DNA of 64,000 nucleotides from Candidatus Poribacteria bacterium (GCA_002709695.1 PAQF01000079.1:4448-68447), one strand, 5' to 3'. Numbered from the stretch's first letter, positions 38,407 through 48,870 are shown. Notes: generated by a model from the letters alone, not told the origin. Numbers and translations are program-made.

Positions 38407-39429
38407 TCAACCCAAACTGGTACTCAGCATCGTCCTCGTCTTGTCGGTCAGCCGGATGTGCGGCGGGGACATGCCCGAAAGCAACACAGAAGGGTCGCTC
38501 TCCATATGCGTCAGTGGGTGGAGCTTTGTGAGCGCCGGGTTCGCAGAGTAGTCTTTGTCCTCCCGGGGCTCGTTAAACCAACACGGCGAAAACTCCACAA
38601 TGCGCTTCTGCCGCTCAGTGAGTTCGGGGTCGTTGGTGTCGTACGCGACGTCGCCGTGGTGCATGCCAAAAGGAACATACTTGTAGAAGAGCGTGCGCCG
38701 CTCCCCGCTCCCCGCCCACGGAATTGTACCATGTTTAAGCTTCTCAGTAAACAAAATGCAGTCTCCTGCTTTGGCGAAGACGCGGTGCACCGGCACATCT
38801 TCATCCCAGTTTGGCAACTGTGACGTCCACTGGGTATCGCACCAGTTCCGCTTCCAGTCGCCGTCAACGTCCAGTAGTTTCTGCTCATTGGCCGGCTTGT
38901 GTGTGCCCACAACACACCCGAATCCCCCGTCATCGGGTCCGACGGTCTTGAGTTCATACACACAGGTGATATGAAAGCTTTCTGGGCCTCCGTGGAGCGT
39001 TCCGCCTTTGTCCTCACCGTCTGCCGGTTTCCGGCCAGGCTTATAGTGTATATTGTCGTGATCTAGCCGGAACAAGGGGCGAAGCTCTGCCGGCATGTGT
39101 GCAGGGGCATGTCCCCAAGACGGGTCACCGAGAATCTCTTCCAAGATGGGTAACATGGTCTCGTTGTCGATCAGGTCCCTGTAGGCTTGGCTCCAAAACC
39201 TTCTTCCCACGTAGGTGTTGCCATGCCGATCCGTTGTCTGGTAAGTGTCGCGACCCCGGATGGAGAAGCGGATCTTTTTATCGGTGCCGCCCTTAGACTG
39301 TATCTCCTCCCGCTCTTCGATGTGTTGGTCGTATACTTCATTGAGCTCGTCGAGCTGCTGTTGATTGAGCACGTCGGGCACGACGACATAGCCTTGTCGT
39401 GCGAATATGTCACGCATCGCGTCGTCCAT
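38407..39429 (-). CDS. PhyH-family Fe(II)/2OG dioxygenase, compositionally foreign (GC-rich)
   Basis: N-terminus FARQGYVVVPDVLNQQQLDEL and the distal-His motif LKHGTIPW. Many overlapping antisense ORFs reflect its high G+C. Confidence 0.65.
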   Translation of the reverse strand: MDDAMRDIFARQGYVVVPDVLNQQQLDELNEVYDQHIEEREEIQSKGGTDKKIRFSIRGRDTYQTTDRHGNTYVGRRFWSQAYRDLIDNETMLPILEEILGDPSWGHAPAHMPAELRPLFRLDHDNIHYKPGRKPADGEDKGGTLHGGPESFHITCVYELKTVGPDDGGFGCVVGTHKPANEQKLLDVDGDWKRNWCDTQWTSQLPNWDEDVPVHRVFAKAGDCILFTEKLKHGTIPWAGSGERRTLFYKYVPFGMHHGDVAYDTNDPELTERQKRIVEFSPCWFNEPREDKDYSANPALTKLHPLTHMESDPSVLLSGMSPPHIRLTDKTRTMLSTSLG

Positions 39430-39758
39430 CTTCTAATCTCCTTTACTTGTAAGAACTACAAGGGACATTTCTTGCGCATGGGATGACCGGTAAGAATTTG
39501 AGTAGAAAATAGACATTTGGTTCTCCAAGAGAAGATAAATTAAAGACAATGGAAATTGTAGCAGAAAACGCAAAGATGTCAAGATCATGAAATAGAATAA
39601 CCGATAAATACACTTATCGGTCGTTATCAATATAGACAGCGAGATATTACTACAAAAACGCTTGCCCAACCCATGTTATTGAGGTTGATACCTCAACTAC
39701 GACTCTACGCCTACTACTCAAATTCAGAGGCTTTCTTACCCACAGTAGGGGCTAAATG

Positions 39759-40002
39759 TTAGTGCAGAATTTTTGGGTGTGTGGCGAAATTGATCAATTT
39801 CAGGAATACTATGTTGAGGTGTTTTAAGTTGCCTGCGTATTCTCCATATATGGGCACAAAACTCCGGGGACTCAGGTCGAATTTTGTCAAGCAGAATGGC
39901 CGCACCTTTTTTGCCTCTTCGACGGTAAGAACATTCTCAACGATTACGTACCCTTGATTAATAAATCGCTGGCGGTAGACTCTAATATCTTTTTGGGAAC
40001 AT
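39759..40002 (-). pseudogene. PhyH-family N-terminal fragment (frameshift after an A-run, then truncated)
   Basis: GGAGGAG + ATG (40002) gives MFPKRY*. The +1 frame reads DIRVYRQRFINQGYVIVENVLTVEEAKKV ... NFATHPKILH*, a typical PhyH N-terminus. Confidence 0.55.
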
Positions 40003-40140
40003 GACTCCTCCTATGAGTATTTACATCGTGTTAAACAAATTATAGACCTTGTGCACTTTGTTTGTGGCATAGACATTGAGCAAACTGTGTATCTAGAAAT
40101 AGAAGATAAATACGTCAACCACATCAGTTGCCTTGTGAAC

Positions 40141-40215
40141 CTCAAGTTGTAGGACTAGGTTAGATATTCTATCACGATTGCGGTGGGGTGGTTTAGGCTG
40201 ACTGGCAAGAAATAC
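40141..40215 (+). repeat. R1-family repeat, copy D (partial)
   Basis: attctatcacgattgcggt at 40166-40184, followed by tggcaagaaatacagtg (compare 12333-12349 tggcagaaatcaactg). Confidence 0.5.
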
Positions 40216-40358
40216 AGTGCTATGCTGTTTTGGCATCGCAATATTTACTACTCGCAGAACCTCGGATGAGAAACTGTTGCATGGGGGGACTGGCACAGTA
40301 TTTGAACAATGACAGCGATGGCTATCTTGGTTTCATGCGAGCTTCATGCTGGGACAAA

Positions 40359-41129
40359 CTAGTATAAGCCGATCAAATCTTTAAGTAGGCTATTTGGATC
40401 AGTGCGTTTTTGGTTCTCATATTCTTGACTGATCCAACGTGCTCCTGATGGTTTTCCGGGATTCCGATAAGCATATACAATCGTCCATCGAGTATTACTA
40501 TCAGGTCGACGAGCTGATACACCATGCGCAGCATGCGTCCACATCAGAATTACTGTACCTGTTGGAACAGACAAATGCTCGATTTTCAATGGTTGCTTCG
40601 TAATTGGATGTTGCTTACCTAACATCCAACCTGACTCAAGTTCAGCATCCGACTTAGCATGCATCTTCGTGTCTCGAAATAGGTGACTGCCAGGGACAAC
40701 AGCCAACCCTCCATCGTTGGCCTCAAAACCATTGACATAAAAGAAAATACGGATGAAACCCAAATGGGGGTGGTCTTCAGCATATCCATGGCTATGCCAG
40801 TGACATCCTTCATTGCCACCTGAGCGGTTAATGGTAGCACAATGATCATAACGAACTTCTTTACCAAGCACGTGGCTTACCAGTTTCAACATCTCCGGGT
40901 GAGTAATCAAACTTTCCAAAAATGCATTATACTCAGCAGCAAAACGTCTAAAACGGTTAGGTTCACAACCTTCTACACGTTCCAAAGATTGAATATGGGC
41001 TAAAGCTTCTGTCAACCGTACTTGGACATTCTGGGTTAATAAGCTTGGATACGTTAAATGTCCATCCAAATCCATACGTTGGCGTTCCATTTCAGCAAAT
41101 TGGTAGGGATGGAAAAGTTGATTAGTCAT
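40359..41129 (-). CDS. PhyH-like Fe(II)/2OG dioxygenase
   Basis: 256 aa. Contains CHWHSHGY and the distal THAAHGVSARR. Fold assignment by pattern only. Confidence 0.5.
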   Translation of the reverse strand: MTNQLFHPYQFAEMERQRMDLDGHLTYPSLLTQNVQVRLTEALAHIQSLERVEGCEPNRFRRFAAEYNAFLESLITHPEMLKLVSHVLGKEVRYDHCATINRSGGNEGCHWHSHGYAEDHPHLGFIRIFFYVNGFEANDGGLAVVPGSHLFRDTKMHAKSDAELESGWMLGKQHPITKQPLKIEHLSVPTGTVILMWTHAAHGVSARRPDSNTRWTIVYAYRNPGKPSGARWISQEYENQKRTDPNSLLKDLIGLY

Positions 41130-41159
41130 ACGTTTATTCCCTTTACAAATAAATCTTGA

Positions 41160-41366
41160 TTATCCTAACATGAGAGATGTCAAAGTCAAGGCCAAATCAG
41201 CTGAATAATCATTGTATACTTCGTAAGAACGGTAGCCTGCTAGCAGGAATTGCTCACGCCAATCGGGCGCATAGCAGACACAGTAGAGGCTTATCGTGTC
41301 AGTTAGATCCGGCCCTATCTCAAGAGTGACAACTTGGCGTTTTTCGTTAGTTATTGGAGATAACAT
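41160..41366 (-). CDS. Hypothetical small protein
   Basis: 68-aa ORF overlapping the stop of 41347-41751. No recognisable motif. Confidence 0.25.
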   Translation of the reverse strand: MLSPITNEKRQVVTLEIGPDLTDTISLYCVCYAPDWREQFLLAGYRSYEVYNDYSADLALTLTSLMLG

Positions 41367-41751
41367 CTGATTTAGCTTGCGACTCAGATAAAAGAAGACT
41401 GATACGTATTTCGTTGGTTTTTATAAAATGTTTGCTGGTGTAGTACCATTGGGCGAATGCAAATGTGAAAAAAACTGTGATTATAAGCAGGGTAGCAACT
41501 TGCAAGTCCATATCTAAATAAAACTTAGAATCTCTCGAGTTCTCCCAGAGTTTATTGATCAGCAGATCCCATTTACCCTCGGTTATGTCATAGCCCGTCT
41601 GATCAAGTGCTTTCCTCCATTCTGCAATCCTATAAACCTTAGGATCCATTTTGCAAAACTGAAATACCATTTTCCCAAAAAAATAGATGGCGAAAGGCAC
41701 AGGAAAAAACCACCATTTATAAACAAACTTTCTATCCGTATTTTTAGCCAA
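41347..41751 (-). CDS. Hypothetical membrane protein (2 TM)
   Basis: 134-aa ORF with two hydrophobic helices. Overlaps the next small ORF (41160-41366) by 20 nt. Confidence 0.35.
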   Translation of the reverse strand: MAKNTDRKFVYKWWFFPVPFAIYFFGKMVFQFCKMDPKVYRIAEWRKALDQTGYDITEGKWDLLINKLWENSRDSKFYLDMDLQVATLLIITVFFTFAFAQWYYTSKHFIKTNEIRISLLLSESQAKSDVISNN

Positions 41752-41942
41752 TTAATCACGCCTTTTAATACATACATTTCCTAAATAGTTAAGATATAAA
41801 TTCCGACTGACATCGTCGAGTATCTAGGCTTGCTGATCTAACATATCCTCAGAAGATAATTGGTAACATATTCAATGTCTGCGTTGAGCACTCTGTCCAC
41901 TAGCAAGCTATCGTTGTCTAACATACAAGAGACTTTTGACAC

Positions 41943-42389
41943 CTACAGATAGGTATTATATGCGGTATCGTCCAAGCCAACAAACTTAAATTCGTGAAAC
42001 AGGCCGATTCCCTTGACAATCGTAAAGCCTTCGGGTAATTCCCATTGTATACCCTAATCCCGTCGCCTACCTTCCCACTGAGCAGCTTTTACACTGTCTT
42101 TACCTGCGATGTCCCAAAGCGCCATTTCAATAGAGCTGACGACCTTGCCCCACGGCTTAAACGCATTTGCTCGCCAGATGCGGCGCATGACGAATTCTAC
42201 GTTTATCGGATAGCAACCAAGGATCATATCTTTGTAATAAGGAATTAAGGGTTTTAAAAAGTCTTTATTCTCCTCAATTTCGCCGTAACCATCGATTCCC
42301 TTATCAGTCACCAATCGGATTACGATGTTACTGCTGATAATTGCGCTTTTTACATCGGTAATTTTAATGTTGACTCCTCCTTTTGTCAT
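41943..42389 (-). pseudogene. Mandelate racemase/muconate-lactonizing enzyme (enolase superfamily) N-terminal fragment
   Basis: Reads KITDVKSAIISSNIVIRLVTDKGIDGYGEIE ... SIEMALWDIAGK, the MR_MLE_N pattern. An in-frame TAG lies at 42054-42056. Only about 36 more codons follow, against roughly 370 aa expected. Confidence 0.6.
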
Positions 42390-42395
42390 ATTTGC

Positions 42396-42995
42396 CTATT
42401 TCATTGTTGTTGCATATTTAAATATTTGACCAATAAAAGCCAATGATATCAATATCATATTAAACACATGCAAATAGTAGTTATTTGAAATAATCAGCAT
42501 CACTGGAAATACAATTGTCAGGATGAACAGAATTGGTATTTCAACCATTTTCGATTCTAGGCCAAAGGTCATACCTTTTACTTGTGGATAAAAAATGTAT
42601 AGCAACAAAATGATCACACCAATCAGGAACTGGGCCAAATAAAAAAGATCTTTTTGGCGGAAGTAAACTTCTCTCAAGTCGACTGTCCCATCTGTTTCAA
42701 GCACACTCGAATTTGGTAATAAAGACTCGATAGCGGTGGCATAGATTAATGTAGTTAAAAACAGAAGCATATAAGGAATATATATGCCTTCAATATTACT
42801 AAAGTAACCTGGTGAGTTAAACCAAAGGTGGATCATCTGTGTTGTTGTTGCAAATAAGATACTGATCAACAGAAAATCAAATTTAACCTGATCTTTTTTT
42901 CTTCCTATAAGAGCAAGTGTATTAATAAATCGGCTTAACGAAACTCCAACCACAATTGACAAAACCCATTGCATCATTGAATAATCCAAAACCAT
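42396..42995 (-). CDS. Hypothetical polytopic membrane protein
   Basis: 199 aa, about 6 hydrophobic segments, no motif recognised. Confidence 0.4.
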   Translation of the reverse strand: MVLDYSMMQWVLSIVVGVSLSRFINTLALIGRKKDQVKFDFLLISILFATTTQMIHLWFNSPGYFSNIEGIYIPYMLLFLTTLIYATAIESLLPNSSVLETDGTVDLREVYFRQKDLFYLAQFLIGVIILLLYIFYPQVKGMTFGLESKMVEIPILFILTIVFPVMLIISNNYYLHVFNMILISLAFIGQIFKYATTMK

Positions 42996-43223
42996 TGGTC
43001 TAATTCCTCGACTTTATTTATTGTGCGTTTATTTAGAAAAAGATTAAACTAATTTAAAAGAATTGTAAGTTATCGATTAAGTCTTAATCAATGACAAGTT
43101 CACGGGTGCAGAATAGAAAATTAGAATGATGTCGAAGAAATATAGGATAGGAATTTGTGGAATAGAGAATAAGCAGTAGATGAAACGAAAGGGTGCCAAT
43201 AGTTGCTGACACCCGACTGATTA

Positions 43224-43262
43224 CCCCGTACACTAGTTATCTTTTGCGCGGGTTTGAGTAAT
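43224..43262. repeat. Dispersed intergenic repeat family R3, copy 2
   Basis: See 36565-36603. Confidence 0.6.
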
Positions 43263-43567
43263 TTTCAGCTAGCTACCAGAATTGGATCAAGAAGCATCTA
43301 GAAATGCTAAATCAACTATAAGTAGGTTTTTTGTAGGAGGACTTTGCTTAATTTCAAACCATACCAAATGTATGTTGGTGTTTTCCATATAGTTCCAGTA
43401 ATACTGATGATACTATCTGCCGAACTTGCCAAACACTAAACCGAAAAATAGCGGTTTGGTTTACTAATAAAGGCCTAAGCCGCCATACTTGAGAATAAAG
43501 GTATCGTATGTATTTACCATATTACGGTCGTCAATTTTCATCAATGAATTCGAATAAAGTAGGTTGA

Positions 43568-44768
43568 TCATCGTCCTACATCATAAAGTAATTCGAATGG
43601 TCGTTCGCGACATTCCGATGTTACATCAAAATTCAAGCAATATGTATTATCATCTTTTTTTATCCACATTGGTTTCACTACTTCTCCTGTAAAGTTAGGA
43701 AGTTTTCCTTCCAAGATTCGATCGTCGGTCGCATCAAGAAATTTGTGCAAATTAGCTCTCAGATTAGTTTCAACTTCGGTCAATGTGGAGTTGCCGGATA
43801 GATTCCTCTTTTCCCACTGATCTTGTTCTAGGTCATAGAGTTCGAATTTTGGCGATGGTTTCCCGAAAAGTGGCCAAGACTCAATGACATCCAAGTCATT
43901 TGCATAACGACCGAGGTAACCCGAATCCAAATAGCAAGGACTTTCTGTGAAATTCCAGATCAGCTTATATTGGTTCGTTCGTATGCTTCGGGCAGGGCAG
44001 TAATGCAGCTGCTGCGAACGTCGTGTCCAACTCACACCACCAAAGATTGCTTCATCAGGCTTGTAAGTTTACCCATTTTAAAGTGATTTGAAGCTTCGAC
44101 CATGGATGCCATTTGGGGTCGGAATGCCAGTAAGCTCACACAGGGTGGGAAAGAGACCTATATTGCTCAGTAAGGTCTCACATCGTAAACCCACTTTAAA
44201 AAGTCGCGATATCATGCTGAGTGATAGCTGTATCTGGAAGAACTTCAGGCACTGGCAAGGTAAACAAACGTTCGACATCAAATTCTTGACCAAATGGACG
44301 GTGAATTAAACCAAAAGAGAAATGTACAAAGAATGGCTGACTAGAACTTTCGGCATACTCGAAGAGCTCTTGTGCAGCACCTTGTATGGTTGGTGAGGTC
44401 AATGTTTGAGCATGAAATCCAGCCTGCTCAGGTGTAACCGGAACCTTGAGGTCTTTACTAAGTATTGTTTGGTAGCCATTTTGTAAGAAGTATTGAGCCA
44501 TGAATAGTGGAGGATCGCCCGAAGGTGGCATTTGACCGTAAACATCATGAGTATGTGCATAACGACTACAGTATATGCACATACGACTAGGGATACATTG
44601 TGGAGAAGACGCGAAGTAGTTCTCGAAGCACACTCCTTCCTTGGCTAATCGATCGATGTTTGGGGTTCGAATCCAATCTCGGCCATAACAACCCAACCAA
44701 TCTCCTAGGTCGTGACAGTCGATCAAAACAACATTCAATTTCATCTTATACCAATTCCTTCTTGGCAT
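43568..44768 (-). pseudogene. Cys-type sulfatase pseudogene (one frameshift, two in-frame TAA)
   Basis: The N-terminal piece (44196-44768) carries LIDCHDLGD and SPQCIPSRMCIYCSR (CxPxR). The middle piece (44078-44293) is in another frame. TAA codons at 44078-80 and 44069-71 precede the C-terminal piece (43568-44035). Confidence 0.85.
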
Positions 44769-45078
44769 CTTTATTGAGAGTCAACATATTATATAGAACC
44801 AATCAGAAATCAGGAGGAAAACTAAATATCGAATTTACGAGGAAAAAGACTAGTGGGAAAATAAAAATGGCATCAACACGGTGCTGATGCCTGCCTGCTT
44901 ACACCGCGGGAGTTGAGCCTGTGAAGATCTTTATGTGGTCTTGGCACCTGTTATGCTTTAACCTAAGTTACAAGATCAGGTTGAGCCTCCCTTTACTTTG
45001 CTTGCTTCGTCTTCCTATTGAGGTTATGATAATTTTTCAACAAAGATAGTATCAAAAACGGACTAAATATTTTCACCT

Positions 45079-45984
45079 ATGATGATCTTTCTAAATAATT
45101 GGATTAATGACTTAAGGAAGAAACTAATGTTCAAACGAAGTGTTTTCTTTGTCAGTTTAATATTATTAATCTCAACTTCTGTGTTTGCTGTAATTGATGA
45201 AATAGCAATCTTTAATGAACAGATTGCTTGGTCTACACTGGATGCTTCCGAAAAAGCTACGAACTATATAGTAAAAAATGTCAAATCAGCTAAAAGTATT
45301 AGAGTTCTGAACAAGGTTGAAATCGCAGATTTTGTAAAAAAAACATACAAAGATAGAACAACCGATGCAATAATTCTTTTCGGTTATTTGCCAGAAACTA
45401 TATATGAACCTGGGAACAATCAAAAAGATGATTCATTGATTGAAAAATTTATTAATGGTGGAAACATCGTCGTAAACACTGGTGATTACATTTTTTATGT
45501 AACTAAAGGTGGAGGGAAAAATGGAGAAAACGGGCTAAAAACGATTACAAATAGTAACTTTGACTGTATCTTGCCAAATTTTGATAATTACATTTATAAG
45601 CCTACTGCCGGTGGCAGGAAATATGCCCCGAGCTTACCTGATGAATACAACTCTAAAAGACCAATGAAGAAAGATCAGATAGACGCAGACAAAAATTGGG
45701 AAATTGAGATAAGCTTTGGCACAGCGACTGATGGAATTTCTTTAGTAGATAACCAACGAGACTTATTGTATCGGTTATTTGATCCGGTGGTTGTAAGAAG
45801 TACGAAGACTGGGGGGCGCTTTGTTGTTTTAAGACAAACACCGAGAGTCGCTCCAGATAGAGGACCTGTGATTAGTGAAATCATTGATAACTATTTTGGC
45901 TTAGCAGCTAATACACCAACTGCTTTAGACCAAAATGACAAAATTACTATTACCTGGGGAAATCTTAAATCAATATCGAGGTAA
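45079..45984 (+). CDS. Secreted hypothetical protein ending in a KITITWGNLK motif
   Basis: Signal peptide (MFKRSVFFVSLILLISTSVFA, probable start 45127). No known domain recognised. The C-terminus is DKITITWGNLKSISR*. Confidence 0.5.
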   Translation: MMIFLNNWINDLRKKLMFKRSVFFVSLILLISTSVFAVIDEIAIFNEQIAWSTLDASEKATNYIVKNVKSAKSIRVLNKVEIADFVKKTYKDRTTDAIILFGYLPETIYEPGNNQKDDSLIEKFINGGNIVVNTGDYIFYVTKGGGKNGENGLKTITNSNFDCILPNFDNYIYKPTAGGRKYAPSLPDEYNSKRPMKKDQIDADKNWEIEISFGTATDGISLVDNQRDLLYRLFDPVVVRSTKTGGRFVVLRQTPRVAPDRGPVISEIIDNYFGLAANTPTALDQNDKITITWGNLKSISR

Positions 45985-46393
45985 AAACGAAAGCATAAAC
46001 AGAATTGTTAATATCAGTGTAGCATACAGCTGACCGATAAAAGGGATTATCAGTCAGCTATAATTTCCCTTTAAGATCTTTATTACACATCAAATTAATT
46101 TGATGTTTGCACTAACCTACCAGTCAATGAAAACCACGCATAAAGATAACGAGTATAAGAAATAATCAAGTATAAATCTCTTCTTTGACCTCCTCCATTT
46201 CTTTACTGTATAATATATTTCCGTATGCATACCTAACTGTGTGGATGGCGGTTAAAGGTTCGGCTACAAAAGCCATTCGCCAAGTCAAAACAACTTCTTA
46301 TCCAGTTAGTAATTTGCAAAAGGCAAAACGAAAGTGTTTTGCCTTTTTGCATTTATATTTTTAAAACTCTTATTGAATTAGGATAAAAACATT

Positions 46394-47119
46394 ATGTCTA
46401 TTTATTTTCGAATTAGTCTGTTTCAGTCGGCCATTTTCTTGTCTTTATCATTGCTCTTTTCGGTTCAAGCAACCGGGTTTAATGTTAACATTGACGGTGT
46501 ATTAAATGATGTAGCATACCAGAAGGTGTCACCCCTCAATAGTACCGATAAAATTGGTGTGCTATATCTCGTTCCTATGAAGGATGACTTATATATTGGA
46601 GTCGAGGTCGAAGATGCCAACATCAATGTGGCCAATCCACAGAAATTCTGGCAAGGTAGCGGTATTGAAATTTGGTTTGATTGGGGAAATGAAGATAATG
46701 TAACCTTCGATAAGAACGATCAACAGTTCTGGTTTGTTCCCGTCAAGGGAAAAGGAAAAGAAGGATATGCTGGTCAATGGCATCGAGCACAAGACAATAT
46801 CAAGGCTACTATTTATGACTATGCTAATGAAGGGGATTTAGTCGACATGGCTTTTGTTGTCAATAAAGGCAAAGGATATACAATCGAGGCTAAAATAGCA
46901 AAGAAAGCAATGGCAGGCTACACCTCAAATGGGACAATTGGTTTTACCTATTCGGTTGACAAAGGGGGTGCAAAGTTTCAATGGGACAAGAAAAATTGTC
47001 CTAATGGTTTTTGGGAAAATCCTAGTATGTGGCCAGACCTAGAGCTGTCTGAGGTTCTGTCAGTTGAAGCCTCAAAAAAATTGTCCATTCGGTGGGGGGA
47101 TCTGAAGTTGGGACTATAA
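46394..47119 (+). CDS. Secreted CBM9-like/DOMON-like carbohydrate-binding protein ending in a KLSIRWGDLK motif
   Basis: Signal peptide. IDGVLNDVAYQKV ... LYIGVEVEDANI ... GSGIEIWFD matches the CBM9-like pattern. The C-terminus is KKLSIRWGDLKLGL*. Confidence 0.5.
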   Translation: MSIYFRISLFQSAIFLSLSLLFSVQATGFNVNIDGVLNDVAYQKVSPLNSTDKIGVLYLVPMKDDLYIGVEVEDANINVANPQKFWQGSGIEIWFDWGNEDNVTFDKNDQQFWFVPVKGKGKEGYAGQWHRAQDNIKATIYDYANEGDLVDMAFVVNKGKGYTIEAKIAKKAMAGYTSNGTIGFTYSVDKGGAKFQWDKKNCPNGFWENPSMWPDLELSEVLSVEASKKLSIRWGDLKLGL

Positions 47120-47180
47120 CGAAAATCCCAATTAAATTGTAGGTATCTAGTTTTACCAGATTAAGGAAGGGTAGCAGTGT

Positions 47181-47634
47181 AAGTTGGGCACGTCGTTCGC
47201 AACTTACACTACTATCCTGCCCGAAGCATACGAACGAACCAATATAAGCTGATCTAGAATTTCACAGAAAGCCTCTGTTATTTGGATTCGGGTTACCTTA
47301 GTCGTCATGCAAATGACCTAGATATCATTGAATCTTGGGCCACTGTTTGGGAAACCACCCCTGGAATTCGAGCTTAATGACCTAGAACAAGCCCCGTGGG
47401 AAAAGCAAAACCTAGTCGTATTAGCCGAAGTAGAGATCAATCTGAGAACTAAGCTGTGGGCATTATTTGATGGAAACTGGCGACCATATCCTAGGTGGAC
47501 AACTCCCTAGCTTTACAAATGAAGCAGTAAAACCAATGTCGCTTGAGAGCGATGATGGTACATACCAAGTAAATTTTGAGGGGACATCGGAATGCCATGA
47601 ACAACCGTTCGAATTGCTTTATCAGGAAGTATGA
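47181..47634 (+). pseudogene. Degenerate inverted duplicate of the sulfatase 3' part
   Basis: Aligns along its length with the reverse complement of 43568-44022. 47216-47255 is identical (40/40) to the reverse complement of 43957-43996. It contains internal stops such as TAG at 47256-47258. Confidence 0.8.
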
Positions 47635-47971
47635 AGGCAATAATTTCTTTGGAGCATTTAAAAAAGAATAGCTCTGAGTTCCTATATTCAGTTAAACTTG
47701 CCGCGATTAAGCCAAAAGAAATGTGTGTCTGGTAATTTTTTTCGGCTGATTGAAAAACTGAGCTCAGAAATCGGATGCATCCTTACAGCGCGATACATAC
47801 ATAGTGGTATTGACCCGACTGCCTTTGGAGGCGATTCTACACCGTTTTCTGATTCTATACTTTACTTCTATCAGGGCCGGCCATCTGGGTAACCCACAAT
47901 CTCTTCGATTAAAGCATATAAGGAAACTTTACGGCTTTCAAGAAAATGCATGATGTTGATCGGGGAACCTA

Positions 47972-48754
47972 TCAGACACGTGCAGACTGATTTCCACTAC
48001 GTTCCATCCTTAAATCTACATATTTTGACAGATCTTGCAAAGCAATGACAGTAAACCCATGGTCATTCAAGAAATCCATATACACTTTAAAATCGTCCGG
48101 GGGAGTGTTAACCCAAGGATGTTCCAAAGCAGGTACTCCGTGAAAGGTTAAGACTGCTACTTTTCCATCCTTAGCCTGCTCAACTGCCCACACGAAATCA
48201 TCGAAACTCCAATTTGGACCAGACATGCCAGTAGTCGGTATTAGCAATCGATGATGAACGTTAGGATCATAAGCTGGACCACGTCCACCCTCTGGTTCCA
48301 TCCCACATATTGCATCTCCGCGTCGTGCAAAGCGCACCCCTTTTTTTGCTAGCACCTCTAGCGATTGCGGACTGTGGATCGCTGCTGGATAACAAAAGGT
48401 TTCCGGAATAGGGATATTATATTGTTGACAGCGGGCATTTATATATTCTAGGTCGGTGAGGAATTCTTCCTGTGTTTGTTCGTTTACATGTGTGTGGTGT
48501 CGAGTATGGTTACCTATCTCAAAACCAGATTGATGCAGTTGGTAGACTTCATCCCAAGTTAAATAGTGTTGCTTGTTCGTCAGGAAATTGAGCCCTTCAG
48601 TGATATAGAATGTCGCACCAAACCCATATTGTTTCAGTAATGGAGCGACATAAGTAAAATCAGATTTATTACCGTCATCGAATGTTAAAACAACTAACCT
48701 GTTTGGTATAGGAAGCAATGGCATTTGGTACTCCTTTATTTTCAATTTTCCCAA
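47972..48754 (-). CDS. Polysaccharide deacetylase (CE4 family)
   Basis: Contains VLTFDDGNKSD (TFDDG metal/catalytic motif) and GNHTRHH. 260 aa. Confidence 0.8.
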   Translation of the reverse strand: MGKLKIKEYQMPLLPIPNRLVVLTFDDGNKSDFTYVAPLLKQYGFGATFYITEGLNFLTNKQHYLTWDEVYQLHQSGFEIGNHTRHHTHVNEQTQEEFLTDLEYINARCQQYNIPIPETFCYPAAIHSPQSLEVLAKKGVRFARRGDAICGMEPEGGRGPAYDPNVHHRLLIPTTGMSGPNWSFDDFVWAVEQAKDGKVAVLTFHGVPALEHPWVNTPPDDFKVYMDFLNDHGFTVIALQDLSKYVDLRMERSGNQSARV

Positions 48755-48870
48755 CCCTCGCTATTGATTTTGTGGAATTTGCTAGCGTTTCCCCCCTTCC
48801 TTTGGTTTGGCCGTTTGCCAGTGCCGAAAAAGTGAGGAGACCCTAGGGCTGATCTTTACACCTTTAGCCT

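Noticed and set aside
38458-39486. Numerous 60-170-aa ORFs overlapping the GC-rich PhyH gene on both strands (and similar clusters over 24.6-26.7, 29.5-30.9, 49.9-51.3 and 59.0-59.9 kb)
   Set aside because: They are by-products of high G+C (few stop codons) and carry no motifs. Each is nested in a longer ORF with clear family signatures.
44652-44672. GGGGTTCGAATCC string resembling a tRNA T-arm
   Set aside because: The 3' side (ccaat) cannot pair with the 5' side (tgggg), and no acceptor or anticodon arms can be drawn. The string lies inside the sulfatase reading frame, where it encodes IRTPNID on the minus strand.
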